Positions 31,134 through 41,482 of a stretch of DNA of 64,000 nt are shown in pieces. The notes under the pieces are model-generated. The model did no database searches. It had not been told where the DNA came from and was given only the letters and a program-made list of their open reading frames with translations. Both the position numbers and the translations under genes were made by a program. Source of the DNA: a virus (Duplodnaviria > Caudoviricetes); IMG/VR virus record IMGVR_UViG_3300033121_001553, positions 96,001 through 160,000 of that record; one strand, given 5' to 3'. Within the stretch, counting starts at the first letter, position 1. Every line of letters begins with the position of its first letter.

Positions 31134-31988
31134 TAACTCGAATTTGATGCTAAACAACTTACAGAAACACGTAACGTCACTTGAATTTACATACAATTTT
31201 CCAACAATGTACGTTGACTTAGCAACCCTATACGCACTAAGCTTTTTTATTTTACCACCAGACACTTCAAAAAATTGAAATAGCAAACGCTTTTTTTCAT
31301 CTTGGCTGAAGTATACTTTTTTTGTTGCAATGTCAGTACCATCAGTCATTAGCACATTTTTGTAAATTACACCTGTGCTTTTTTTTGTATCGCCATCTCT
31401 ATATGTCGGTGGAAGATAAGAAAAATTCACAAGTTTCGCAAAACGTTTATCTTCTATCAATGTAGGTAGATCGTCGATAGACATACCATCGTACTTTGAC
31501 TTTACGTCATCGTTGATCTTAAAAATCACTTTTTGATCAGATGTATTAAGATCATTTTCGCTTGAAAATTCATCATGCGTGTACAGCAGCTGAAGCTTTC
31601 TGAAAGCTTCAGCTGAAGATTCTACGATATCGCCTACAATCGCTCCGAACGCTGCAGATGATGTAACGGGTGAGTAGACGCCATCTGACCCTGATAGTAT
31701 CTCTCCGGACCTCACTGTGTACGAGTTAAGCGACTTGAATGGCTGCAAGCTTCCAAAGTCATCTGTCACGTATGTAATAAGATCGTGTGGTTGCGATGTC
31801 GACGCTTCAAGATGAGGATAAGTCGTAGTATCAACTGTTCCGCTTACAAGATCTTTAGCGTACACAACATCAGCATCACTAAACGTAACGTAAGCTAGCT
31901 CCATAAGCCCTGATGCCATCTGACGTCTTCCCTCGTCAGTAATAACGACATCCATCACTCTTGTCTTTGGATCTAGTATACCGCTCAC
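31134..31988 (-). CDS. Virion structural protein, TTA stop
   Basis: GTG start in GTGA overlap; SGILDPKTRVMDVVITDEGRRQMA..FSDADVVY paralogous to 22723-23439; ends KFE-TTA. Confidence 0.7.
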
Positions 31989-32254
31989 GATGTTTCTCTT
32001 TGGCTTATTATTGTTATTCCGGTAAGCGAGTGCCCAGAGTCTGGTGGACCTTCTGGATTCGTTGTTTGCCAATACTCGTGTTCACCGCCGGCAGTGTACC
32101 ATCCACGCTTCAGATAAGTGACAGTTCGTGCAACTGATACATAAACTGTCACTGTTGACGTAAACGTAGGACGATCATTCTCAGAAAATGTTTGTATGTC
32201 TGATATGCCTGGTGTTACAGCTGATACGTCTGATGGTGTTTCTATTTGAGCCAT
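31985..32254 (-). CDS. Small hypothetical virion protein
   Basis: Fills operon gap; coupled to the next gene. Confidence 0.55.
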   Translation of the reverse strand: MAQIETPSDVSAVTPGISDIQTFSENDRPTFTSTVTVYVSVARTVTYLKRGWYTAGGEHEYWQTTNPEGPPDSGHSLTGITIISQRETS

Positions 32255-32266
32255 ATCATCTATGTA

Positions 32267-33463
32267 TCACGGTGTTCTAGTAAACTGTAGTCCCGCTCTC
32301 GTACCAACAGTACCAGGTGCGCTTCCAGACCACGGCACGCAGACACGTGACGAGTTTGCAGAAGTCGTACCAAAAAATGCGTGTCTGTCGCTCCAGTCAA
32401 GATTGTTGCTAAATAGTGCAACACCATAGCTATGCGATGTAAATTCAACAGTTCCGCAGTACCCGTACGTTGGCGCTTCATTGATGCAAAGACCAACTGG
32501 CCAGATATCGTATCTTGTTGAACCAGAGCCATGCTGCATATTTGGCTGCTGTGCTAGCGTACCTAGCACTGTCGTTGACATCATCGCTGTTAGACCAACC
32601 TTTGGGCAGTCGTTACCAACATTTACGCGTGGATAAACACCACCTTCGTACGTAGAATTACCAGCAGTAGCGCCAATTGTAGTATTGTCAGCAGTTAGCG
32701 TTTGTCCACTGACTGTTCCTGTATAACCGAACATCGCGAATGGCAGCGTATGACTACTTGTAAATGCTTGAAGCGGTTTGTAAACACCCGCATAAAGAAC
32801 ATTATATCCGCTGCCAGCACCAGCTGGCGTAAATACGCTAATGATGCTATCTCTCATGACGTAGAAAGAATAACGTGATCCACCCACAACGCCACCAGCA
32901 GCAGATGCAAAGTAAGCACAATTTTGCTTATTAGCTGCATGAGTTCCACCAGCATTATTTGAGCGTGGCAATACATGTGATCCAGATGCCCACACTGACG
33001 AGCCTTTCGTATCTGCTCCATTCGCGTTTGTTGTACCATTCCACGGTGATGTTCCGTTTGCCATCCACGCCAGCTGAATTCCTACAACGTTTGTTGGTGA
33101 TGCAGCACCGATAGCTAGTGGGTTACCAGGCGTAGAACCATACGAAGTTGTACCAGCGTGCTGCAGCAAAATGTAAAAATCTACATTTCGTTCTGATGTT
33201 GAACCGCTGATTGAACCTGATGGAAATTTCCATACGCTGAACGCACCATCTCCTGTGAATCTAGGCTGATCGTAATGGTTTGTACCGCCAACGTTCGCGC
33301 CACCTGCAACGCCCGTACTATACGCGATCAACTGGACATAACTTGCTGATCTTGCAGAGTTTAGTAGCTTGAACGCGTTTACGTACATATCATTCGTGTG
33401 CTGCCACGCGTTTGCTGTATTGCTGTAGTGGTCTATCGACATATAGATGTTGCTGTTGGCCAT
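32267..33463 (-). CDS. Gly/Ser/Thr-rich virion or tail-associated protein
   Basis: GGTGA SD then ATG 33463 (MANSNIY...). Confidence 0.65.
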   Translation of the reverse strand: MANSNIYMSIDHYSNTANAWQHTNDMYVNAFKLLNSARSASYVQLIAYSTGVAGGANVGGTNHYDQPRFTGDGAFSVWKFPSGSISGSTSERNVDFYILLQHAGTTSYGSTPGNPLAIGAASPTNVVGIQLAWMANGTSPWNGTTNANGADTKGSSVWASGSHVLPRSNNAGGTHAANKQNCAYFASAAGGVVGGSRYSFYVMRDSIISVFTPAGAGSGYNVLYAGVYKPLQAFTSSHTLPFAMFGYTGTVSGQTLTADNTTIGATAGNSTYEGGVYPRVNVGNDCPKVGLTAMMSTTVLGTLAQQPNMQHGSGSTRYDIWPVGLCINEAPTYGYCGTVEFTSHSYGVALFSNNLDWSDRHAFFGTTSANSSRVCVPWSGSAPGTVGTRAGLQFTRTP

Positions 33464-33473
33464 TATTTCACCG

Positions 33474-34592
33474 TAAATACGTAACATCAATCCATGCTCC
33501 GCGGCATGAAACGGATGATGTGACAGATCCTGATATTGTTTTCCAAAGTCTCGCTTCAATAATTACTGAAGCTGTAATTGCGCTAAACACTGACGTTAGA
33601 TCGGCCGATACATACGCCGTCGTCTGCGATGTTGATGTTAGTATCGAACTCTCTATTGTTCCAGGCGAACCGTACACATGTCCATAGACATCGTACAGAT
33701 CAACAGCGACAGGCACTGGCGTTTCAGAAGTGTCTACTAGCGCTTTCCACGTATAGTTCGTAGCTGTTACATTGAACAACGATGGATTGTAGTGGAACGT
33801 TCCTATTGACTGCTTGCTACCCGTAAGCGCTGTTGATGTTGTTGATACACCGCGTAGAATATCAAATGTCAACAACATTGGTTTCGATTGAACAGTTATC
33901 TGTCCATTCGATGCAGACGTTATATCTACGTTCTTCCCAGCGACAAGATAACTTAGTCCGCTAACAAGCCTTTGTAGTGAACCAGACAAGTTTGATGCAT
34001 TCACTTGACCAGTAAACGTTGTTCCACTGACTGTTGCGACAACGTTATTGTCTATAGCAACATCGAAGTCAACGCCAGCGCCTGTATCTGTGAACTTGAT
34101 ACCCGTACCTTGCTGTATCGCTCTACTACCAGGAAGCGGAGAACCTTCGCTGTTAACAGTCAAATACGACGAAAATCTATCTGCATAAACAGAACCAGAT
34201 ATTTGAACTTGTCCATTCGACGCTGTTGTTACAGCGACTCCACCAGTTCCTGCAAATGCAGTTTCGCCTGTTGATAGTCGTTGTAGCGAACCGGTTAGCT
34301 TTGGCGCTATGACTGGGCCAGTAAACGTAGTACCGCTAACAGTCGCAACAATATCGTCATCGATTGTAAGCGTATAGCTTCCGCCAGCCCCACCATCTGT
34401 AGCAGATATGCCTGTACCTGGTACGAACAGACGCTCATTCGTCAATGAAGCTGTAAGCGCAAGTACAAGGTACTGCGCTCCTGGATCACCGCCAGCCACG
34501 ATAATACCTACTTCTTCCGTATTTATGACGACAGGCCTGGCCCTGAATGCGCCGTATACTTTCCTGAACCTTGTGTTGTCTCTTATAGACAT
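33474..34592 (-). CDS. Tail-fibre-like protein with internal repeat, TTA stop
   Basis: Two copies of ID..VATVSGTTFTG.V.A..L.GSLQRL..G...V..T.ASNGQ; ends IDVTY-TTA. Confidence 0.7.
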
Positions 34593-34623
34593 TCATTCGC
34601 ACCAATCCTGTCTAAGTAAAAAG

Positions 34624-36027
34624 TAAAAGTATTTTTGACGCCAAAGTAGCAAGCTGTGAACGCTCGCCCTTAATCAGCGTAACATGACCTGCGATATCGT
34701 AATCTTTGAATTTTTCAATCGCGTAGCTTAGACCATTTGTATACATGTCAACGTGCGTATTGTCGATCTGCTCGATATCGCCTGTCAAAACTATCTTCGT
34801 GCCATCACCAACACGTGTCACTATTGTCTTTAGCTCGTGCATCGAAAGATTCTGCGCTTCGTCTATGATTACGAACGATCCTGGAATAGATCTGCCACGT
34901 ATGTAAGATATCGCTTGTATCTCTATGATTCCACGCTCGTACATTGTGTTCAGATACGAATTTTCGAATACAGCCGTTTCGTTGCTGTTCTTGCTTGAAC
35001 CGCGCTTTTTTGTTTTCGTTGATGTTTCACAGTCATTGTTGATCAAGAAATTAAGATTATCTCTTATGGGTGCCATCCATGGATCAAGCTTTTCTTCTAT
35101 TGTACCAGGCAAAAAGCCAATATCGGCTCCAACAGACTGCGTTGGTTTAGCGATGATAAGCTTCTTGTAGCGTTGCTTCTTTTGATCACCGAGTCCAGTA
35201 AGCTGCTCAAGTCCAGCTGCAAGCGCTATAAGCGTTTTACCGCAGCCTGCTTGCCCAAGCAACGTAACAAAACTGATTTTCGGATCTAGCAAGATATCAA
35301 AAGCAAAATTTTGCTCTTTATTACGTGGTTTAAGTCCGTAAACGTTATTAACACTTTCGATAAACTTGAAACGCTCATCTGTGTATCTTGTGATCACTGA
35401 CTTTAGCGTTCTGTCACCTTCAACACTTTTTATTACAGCAATCTCATTTGGATAAAATTTTATATCTACTGGTAGCGTATCTCTTGGTATGCTACCATTA
35501 TTGTAGATCTCATCCACTATGTGCTCTTCAACTTCAACAATTTTTACGCCTGTGTAAAGTCCACGCTTGTCGTCTGTAACGCGTATCTTTCTGTACTCTT
35601 CGCTTTGAATTCCAAGAGCATCGCATTTGATACGTACATTTGTGTCATTTGATACGACAACGACATTTTCATGCGCATTCGACTTAAGCTTGTATGCTGT
35701 CAGAATGATAAGATTGTCGATCTTACCATCCTTAATTTCTACTGGCACAGACGCGTATTGCGCCTCTTCTATATTCGGTGAAGAACATACACGTATGATG
35801 CCACCAGACTCTAGCTTGATACCATCGAATAGTTTACCTTCCTTACGATAGTGATCAAGCTTACGCGAAATTTCTCTCGATGATTCACCAACTTCATCTT
35901 TTCTGCTTTTAAGCTTGTCTAGCTCTTCAATAACAGCCAGTGGTATTACAACTTCGTTATCATCAAACGAAGTTAGACAATTTGTATCGCTGATTAGAAC
36001 GTTTGTATCAAGAACGTATATCTTCAT
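34624..36027 (-). CDS. phoH: PhoH2-type protein (PIN + PhoH ATPase), TTA stop
   Basis: YVLDTNVL PIN motif; GQAGCGKT; IGFLPG; YIRGRS; IDEAQN; GDIEQID; ends RSQLATLASKIL-TTA, the canonical PhoH end. Confidence 0.92.
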
Positions 36028-36064
36028 TTTGTATTCTCGTGCTTGTTTATTTTACATTTGCCGT

Positions 36065-36334
36065 ATGAAAGAACGCAAGCACCTCAACATTATCGCACAT
36101 GACAAAATTACAACATGTTACGATACAATAAAGCAAAGAAATGAAAGCTGCAAAAATTCTAGCTGTAGCTACTGGGTTGAACATCAGCAAGGAAGAAATT
36201 GCGCAATTGTTATTGCTGAGTCTGGTTCAGCTATGACTCTTGCAGCTGTCGGTGAATTGTTCAATTTTAGTCGTATGAGAATCTGTCAACTTGAAAAATC
36301 TGCAATTCAGAAACTGAGCTCTATCATAAAGTAA
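36065..36334 (+). CDS. Sigma70 region-4-like HTH protein
   Basis: MTLAAVGELFNFSRMRICQLEKSAIQKL; Cys-rich N-terminus. Confidence 0.75.
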   Translation: MKERKHLNIIAHDKITTCYDTIKQRNESCKNSSCSYWVEHQQGRNCAIVIAESGSAMTLAAVGELFNFSRMRICQLEKSAIQKLSSIIK

Positions 36335-36743
36335 CATTTTGATTCTTTGGTGGACGTCCTTTTCTTTTTGCAGTATGCGGAACTTCATCTTCTTTTACAG
36401 TAGTGACATGAGTAGTATCGTTTACTTCTTCTGACACGCTGATAACGATATCAGGTTTAATTTCTTCGACGACTAGTTGCCCTACCAAAGCTGCTGTAGA
36501 TTGCACATCAAGCGTAATTTCTTCGACGACTAGTTGCTTTGCTACAGTTGCTGCTGTTGTAATTTCTTCAGCAACGACAACTTGTTCTGGCAGTTCTTGT
36601 TTTTGTTCTGCTGTCTCTACGCTAGCTGCATCAGCTTGTACTTCGTTTTGAACCCTAAATGTTCCGTTGACGCCTATTGTTTTCCACGCTTTTTTTGGAT
36701 TCAAACCCTTTTGCGCAATATCTCTTAGTATCGCTTTACGCAT
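36327..36743 (-). CDS. Hypothetical protein with C-terminal AT-hook-like KRKGRPPK, TTA-TGA stop
   Basis: QLVVEEI repeats; tandem TTA TGA. Confidence 0.6.
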
Positions 36744-36791
36744 AAAAAAACCCTCGTACTCTGCATTATATAGAGAGTACGAGGGTTTTTT
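36744..36791. terminator. Bidirectional hairpin with TATAAT loop and the next gene's SD in its stem
   Basis: AAAAAACCCTCGTACTCT-11 nt-AGAGTACGAGGGTTTTTT. Confidence 0.8.
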
Positions 36792-36808
36792 CTACAACGT
36801 AGTGTTTT

Positions 36809-37141
36809 TAACTTCGCTGTCTCTACAGCCTTAACTTCGCCGTCTTTACTGCCTTCTTCAGTCGCTGTCTCTACAGCCTTCTTCAGGCTCTTCTTTGCCT
36901 TACGCTCCGACTTAAGCTTCTTGTTATTCGCAAGAATCTCATCAGAGAAATTCTTGGCCTTCTTACGAAGATCTCTAAGCGATGCTCTTGCTTCAACGCC
37001 AGCCGAAACAACGCCAGCATGATTCTTTGCGACATTATTTTGAAACTCAGTCGCTGTTGCTGCGCTCATGAGATCATTCAGCAGCGTTAGCAGCGAGGTG
37101 GCGACAGTAACTTCAACGGTTGTATTCTCTACATCAGACAT
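36809..37141 (-). CDS. Histone H1-like (Hc1-like) basic protein, TTA stop
   Basis: GVVSAGVEARASLRDLRKKA; Lys-rich; KAVETA repeat; GGAG SD; TTA precedes the terminator. Confidence 0.55.
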
Positions 37142-37199
37142 ATTTTTTCTCCATTTAGCTCGTTTTTAGATTTTATCCAGGTTTGAAGATAGTAAATCA

Positions 37200-37829
37200 T
37201 TATCTTCTTTTTGTCACAACATTTTTCTTTGCAGGGACATCTTTTGTATCGCCGATAATCTGATCAGCAAGACCCAGTCTAACTGCATCTTCAGCATGAA
37301 TGTAATGATCCTTCTGAACATTCATGATTGAAATCAATTCTTCACGCTTAAACTTTCCTTGCGTTTCCTTAAGCAAAAGATCTACCATAAGCTGTTGCTT
37401 GTATTTTAGCTCGTCTGCATCATTAATGATGTCAAAAATCTTTCCGAACATTCCAGAAGAGATTGGATGAATCATCACAGAAGTTGAACGCCCTATCATA
37501 CGCTTACCTTTAACTCCTGCCGCTAGAAGCAAAACACCAGCTGACATTACTTTTCCGATGCCAACGGTGATTATCGGGCATTTAACGTACTTCATAACGT
37601 CATAAAGCCCAAACATTTCATCAATCGCACCTCCGTACGTAGAAAGGATCAAAATTATTGGATCGTTAGACATGCTAGCATATCCAAGTATTTGAGCGAT
37701 TGCCACGGATATGCTTTGCTCATTTACGTCGCTCGCAATGTAAACATACCTTTCTTGCGGTTGCTGCAGCGCAATTTGCGGTTGATCCATCATTACATCA
37801 TTTTTTGGCTGTATAGCTGATCTGCCCAT
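37200..37829 (-). CDS. clpP: ClpP-like protease subunit
   Basis: LSTYGG, GKVMSAG (catalytic Ser), VMIHP (His), DHYIHAEDAVRLGLADQII. Confidence 0.88.
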   Translation of the reverse strand: MGRSAIQPKNDVMMDQPQIALQQPQERYVYIASDVNEQSISVAIAQILGYASMSNDPIILILSTYGGAIDEMFGLYDVMKYVKCPIITVGIGKVMSAGVLLLAAGVKGKRMIGRSTSVMIHPISSGMFGKIFDIINDADELKYKQQLMVDLLLKETQGKFKREELISIMNVQKDHYIHAEDAVRLGLADQIIGDTKDVPAKKNVVTKRR

Positions 37830-37832
37830 GAT

Positions 37833-38084
37833 TCACTTATTTTCTATTGTATCAATAAAAACCAAGCTATTACTAGTGTAGTGCAATTCAGCTTCTCGAA
37901 TAGACTCAGTAATGTCTCTTGACATTTCGATATTATCAAGATTCAGCGCGATGAGACGCATGATGAACGTAAGCTGCTGCTGACTCAGATTCATGTCAAT
38001 AATTCTTCGAACTATCTCTCTGCAGACAAGTAGATCTTGTGCCTGTTTATCAGCTTGTGATTCACCGTAAATTTTTTCGCTCAT
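37833..38084 (-). CDS. Hypothetical protein
   Basis: ATGA-coupled 83-aa ORF in operon. Confidence 0.6.
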   Translation of the reverse strand: MSEKIYGESQADKQAQDLLVCREIVRRIIDMNLSQQQLTFIMRLIALNLDNIEMSRDITESIREAELHYTSNSLVFIDTIENK

Positions 38085-38545
38085 TCTACAATCTCTTTTG
38101 TCGACTTATCAACAATTTTTAGCAAAGTTTTACCTATTACATGCAAAAGTTTTACGTTGACATCAGATTCGAATTTTTCTTTTGTTAGAACAACAACAGA
38201 ACCCCATAGCTCATTTTCGAGTATGAATGATACCTGTTGCCACGTTGCAAGATCAACATCATACTTCTCAAGAATGCTTGCATATTTCTCGTTCATTGTT
38301 TGCTTGATATCATCAACTGTTATTGACGACTTCAAGTCTTCATTCGCTAGTATTTTAGATTTATTGATTTCTATAATTTTATGAACAATACCGCAATTAT
38401 TGCATTGCGCGTATGACTGCTGTACGTTACCATCGTCATCTATTACTGAGAATACGGCGAACTGATGTGCTGGCGGTGACGACTTCCCAACGTACTGACG
38501 CATAACGCATCTACATTGAACATGATGCTTTACACCTGATGGCAT
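38081..38545 (-). CDS. Hypothetical Zn-binding protein
   Basis: CRC...CNNCG; upstream TTGAAC-N18-TAAATT. Confidence 0.6.
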   Translation of the reverse strand: MPSGVKHHVQCRCVMRQYVGKSSPPAHQFAVFSVIDDDGNVQQSYAQCNNCGIVHKIIEINKSKILANEDLKSSITVDDIKQTMNEKYASILEKYDVDLATWQQVSFILENELWGSVVVLTKEKFESDVNVKLLHVIGKTLLKIVDKSTKEIVE

Positions 38546-38587
38546 GTTACAAATTTACGAAATACATTCGTATACGTTCAAAGAAAT

Positions 38588-38845
38588 TTACTTTTTTTTA
38601 GCTTGCTGTTGCGCAGCCTTCTTTTCTGCTGCAACCTGTTTCTGGTAGTGATTCACGGCTTTAGAAGATGTTTCATCAAGTGAAGCGTTAATCATCAAAA
38701 GTAGCTTCTGCAAATCATTTTTTGTCATTTTACTTTCATTGCTAAAAGCTTCTGAGACGCACTTAATCACTGCACGCCCTACGCCATCTTTCGCGCTCTC
38801 GAATGCATCTACAAACTGACGTTCTACTGAGTTATTTTTTGCCAT
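38588..38845 (-). CDS. Hypothetical protein
   Basis: 85-aa ORF with genome-typical codon use. Confidence 0.55.
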   Translation of the reverse strand: MAKNNSVERQFVDAFESAKDGVGRAVIKCVSEAFSNESKMTKNDLQKLLLMINASLDETSSKAVNHYQKQVAAEKKAAQQQAKKK

Positions 38846-38889
38846 ACGTTATATGTAATCTTTGTTACGAGACAGTAAAGGTCGCATTG

Positions 38890-39957
38890 ATGAAAAACGC
38901 ATCTAGTTTGCACGAAAGATACAGCATGTCAAAACCTGTGACGCTTGCTGAACGACACAACGCTATTACGCTGATTGAAGCTATAGACAAGCAGAAAATT
39001 CAAATGATGAATTCTTCACTTGCAAAACTTGAAACAGCAACAAAAAATGTAAAAAGCGATGAACTTACATCGCTTATCAACTTGTGTAGACAGCGAATGA
39101 TGTCAACGATAAATTCACAAAAAGAATTTGGCAACGCGTACAATAGCACACTACGTGCCCTTGAAGTCGTAAAAGATCTAATGTCTAGTTACGTAGAAAT
39201 CATAAAGCCAATCGTTCAAAAATTCCCAGACTCAGAAACTGTTGCTGCTGCTCTACAGTCGGCAGGACAATCGCCAGAACAGCTGACGCAGATGCTTACA
39301 CAGGCATATCCGAAGTTCAGCGGTTTCAACGATGGTCCTGTTAGCAAAATAATGAATTTTCTTCGCGGTATTGGAAAAGATTCGCAGATCGAGACAGCAA
39401 TACAATCGCTAACGAACGATCTAGGCGGATTCGTAACGGGTCTCATGCAGCTAGGTCCACAAGATGCTGCAAATTTGCTAAAGGTCGCATCTGACGTTGA
39501 AACTGCTGCTGCTAGCGCTGCTTCTGGAGCTCAGCCGACTACACCTACAAATCCAACAGCATCAACTACGAGCGCAACAACAACAGCTGGAACAACTGGA
39601 ACTGAACAGACTACTGGGGCAGCTCAGCAAACTGGTACCAGCGCTAGCGCTGCCCCAGCGTCTGCAGAAGCTCCCGCTGCGGGCGGTGGCGGTCAACAAA
39701 CTTTGATGCAAAGATTCGCCGCTAGACAAGGTACGCAAGGACCAGCTGCTCCTGCTGCAGGCGGTGGTACAGCGCAACCAGCCGCAGCTGGTCCCGACAA
39801 TCAAAAAATTTCTAGCATTGTTAAAATGCTGAATGATGGTAATGGCATTACTCCATCTACGCTTGGAATAGCGATCAACAGTGGCGCAACTGATGCAGAA
39901 CTTGGTGCGGCTATTAAAGCTTACATTAAGGAAAAGGGAAGACAGAAGCGTCGCTTA
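38890..39957 (+). CDS. Hypothetical protein with Ala/Thr/Gly-rich linker, TTA stop
   Basis: Likely ATG 38890; in-frame TTA at 39955 shortens the convergent overlap. Confidence 0.6.
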
Positions 39958-40910
39958 CGTAGTTCATTTGCAAGAACGCGTAGCCCTTTGTCTAGCTGGC
40001 CTCTTCTGTATATGTGAAGAGGTCCGCTTTTAATATCTATTTTTACACGTCTTGTTGACAAGTTGCGTATTCTTGATGTTAGGATCTCGTCTGTGCCATC
40101 GTTGCATTCACGTAGTCTGCTGATGAGTCTTGCAACAAGCTGTTTTGCATTACGTCTACAGTCGTAACTTGCAAATGTTACAGTTCCATCTGGTACCAAA
40201 ATAACATCTTTGACAGCAACAGCTGTCTCTGGATCCCAAGATGATACAAGCTGGCCTGTCGCAGCTGTTACTGGTTCAATTTTCGTAACCTCGCACAGAT
40301 CATGTAGATCGTTCAATCGCAAAGCTTCTGGCAAAAATGTCATCGGATACACAAATGTTGTGCCACGAGCGTTATTAACATGGGCTGTCTGAAATACGTC
40401 TGGATGTATTGTGTGAGCAACTATCACGACAGCGTCTCTTGTCGCGCTAGAATACTGGAATGCTCTATCGACTTCTGACACTGACTCTATCGCGCCGTCA
40501 ACGATCAAAAATTTAGCTGATGTTAGCGTTCGTTTTTCTTGCTGTGTACTAATGAATTTCAGCGTTAGCCCGTCAGCAACTGTGACCATGTCGCCCACCT
40601 TTGACTCGCCAACCTCAAAGATAGCGTGTAGACCACCCAGAGCCAATGCAGAAAAAAATAGATCGCTGACTGTGTCATCAACCTCATACTCTGCTTCAGA
40701 ATTTTTTCCCGTTATATTCTGAAGCAGAGTGCCAGGGTGTAGCTGCTCAATTGAAAATGCATCAGCGATTTTCATTTTCCACTCGTTTGTGTCTTCGCTG
40801 AATGGACCTGTGAGAAGCAGAGCATTGTCTGCGGTGCGTATAGCACCGCGAGCGTAAATTCCGTTTGACTCACTGATAAGTTCGAGTGCAGTTTTTTTCT
40901 GTTCATTCAT
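39927..40910 (-). CDS. Divergent GroEL/chaperonin-like protein (apical-domain-like)
   Basis: FLIVDGAIESVSEV...AVVIVAH..HPDVFQT..VN..RG...LHDLCEVT resembles the GroEL apical domain; no GDGTTT. Confidence 0.55.
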
Positions 40911-41275
40911 TTTCCGTAGAATTTGAATATAACCTGAACAAGTATCGAGATCACAACATTTGCCATAACGGCGAATACGATTCCTTGCGCATGAAATTTT
41001 TCAACAACTCTCATTCGCTGCTCATGTTCTTTTATCGTTTCATCATGCTTGTTAACGTCATGTTCAATACTATTATGTGATTTCTCAATTTTACGTATAC
41101 GCTCATCGATGTCATCGACTTCGTCTCTGATCGATGGCCAATCGTTCTGCAAGAACATTTGAACGCGTATACGTTGTTCTTCATTCTGTGAGACAAGCTT
41201 ATCGATCGATTCTTTTATACCAACGATCGATCTTACAGCGTCCTTGATCTCATTAATGTCTTTGTCTTGTGCCAT
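40907..41275 (-). CDS. Coiled-coil protein with C-terminal TM helix (holin/XhlA-like)
   Basis: GGAG SD; GIVFAVMANVVISILVQVIF hydrophobic segment. Confidence 0.5.
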   Translation of the reverse strand: MAQDKDINEIKDAVRSIVGIKESIDKLVSQNEEQRIRVQMFLQNDWPSIRDEVDDIDERIRKIEKSHNSIEHDVNKHDETIKEHEQRMRVVEKFHAQGIVFAVMANVVISILVQVIFKFYGK

Positions 41276-41482
41276 CCGTACGCGCTCCAATTTCGATCTA
41301 CGAAAATAGATAGCGGCATTAAATTAGATAGATCACAAGCAATTAAATTATTCTTAAGATCTTAAGATAGACGCATTTTCTATGTTGTAAAATTGAATTG
41401 ATCAACTTCCGCTTAAGCTTTAAAGAAAATGATCTTGAATTAAGTTGTAAACATTTAAGAGAATTGATTAAATCTCTCTTAA

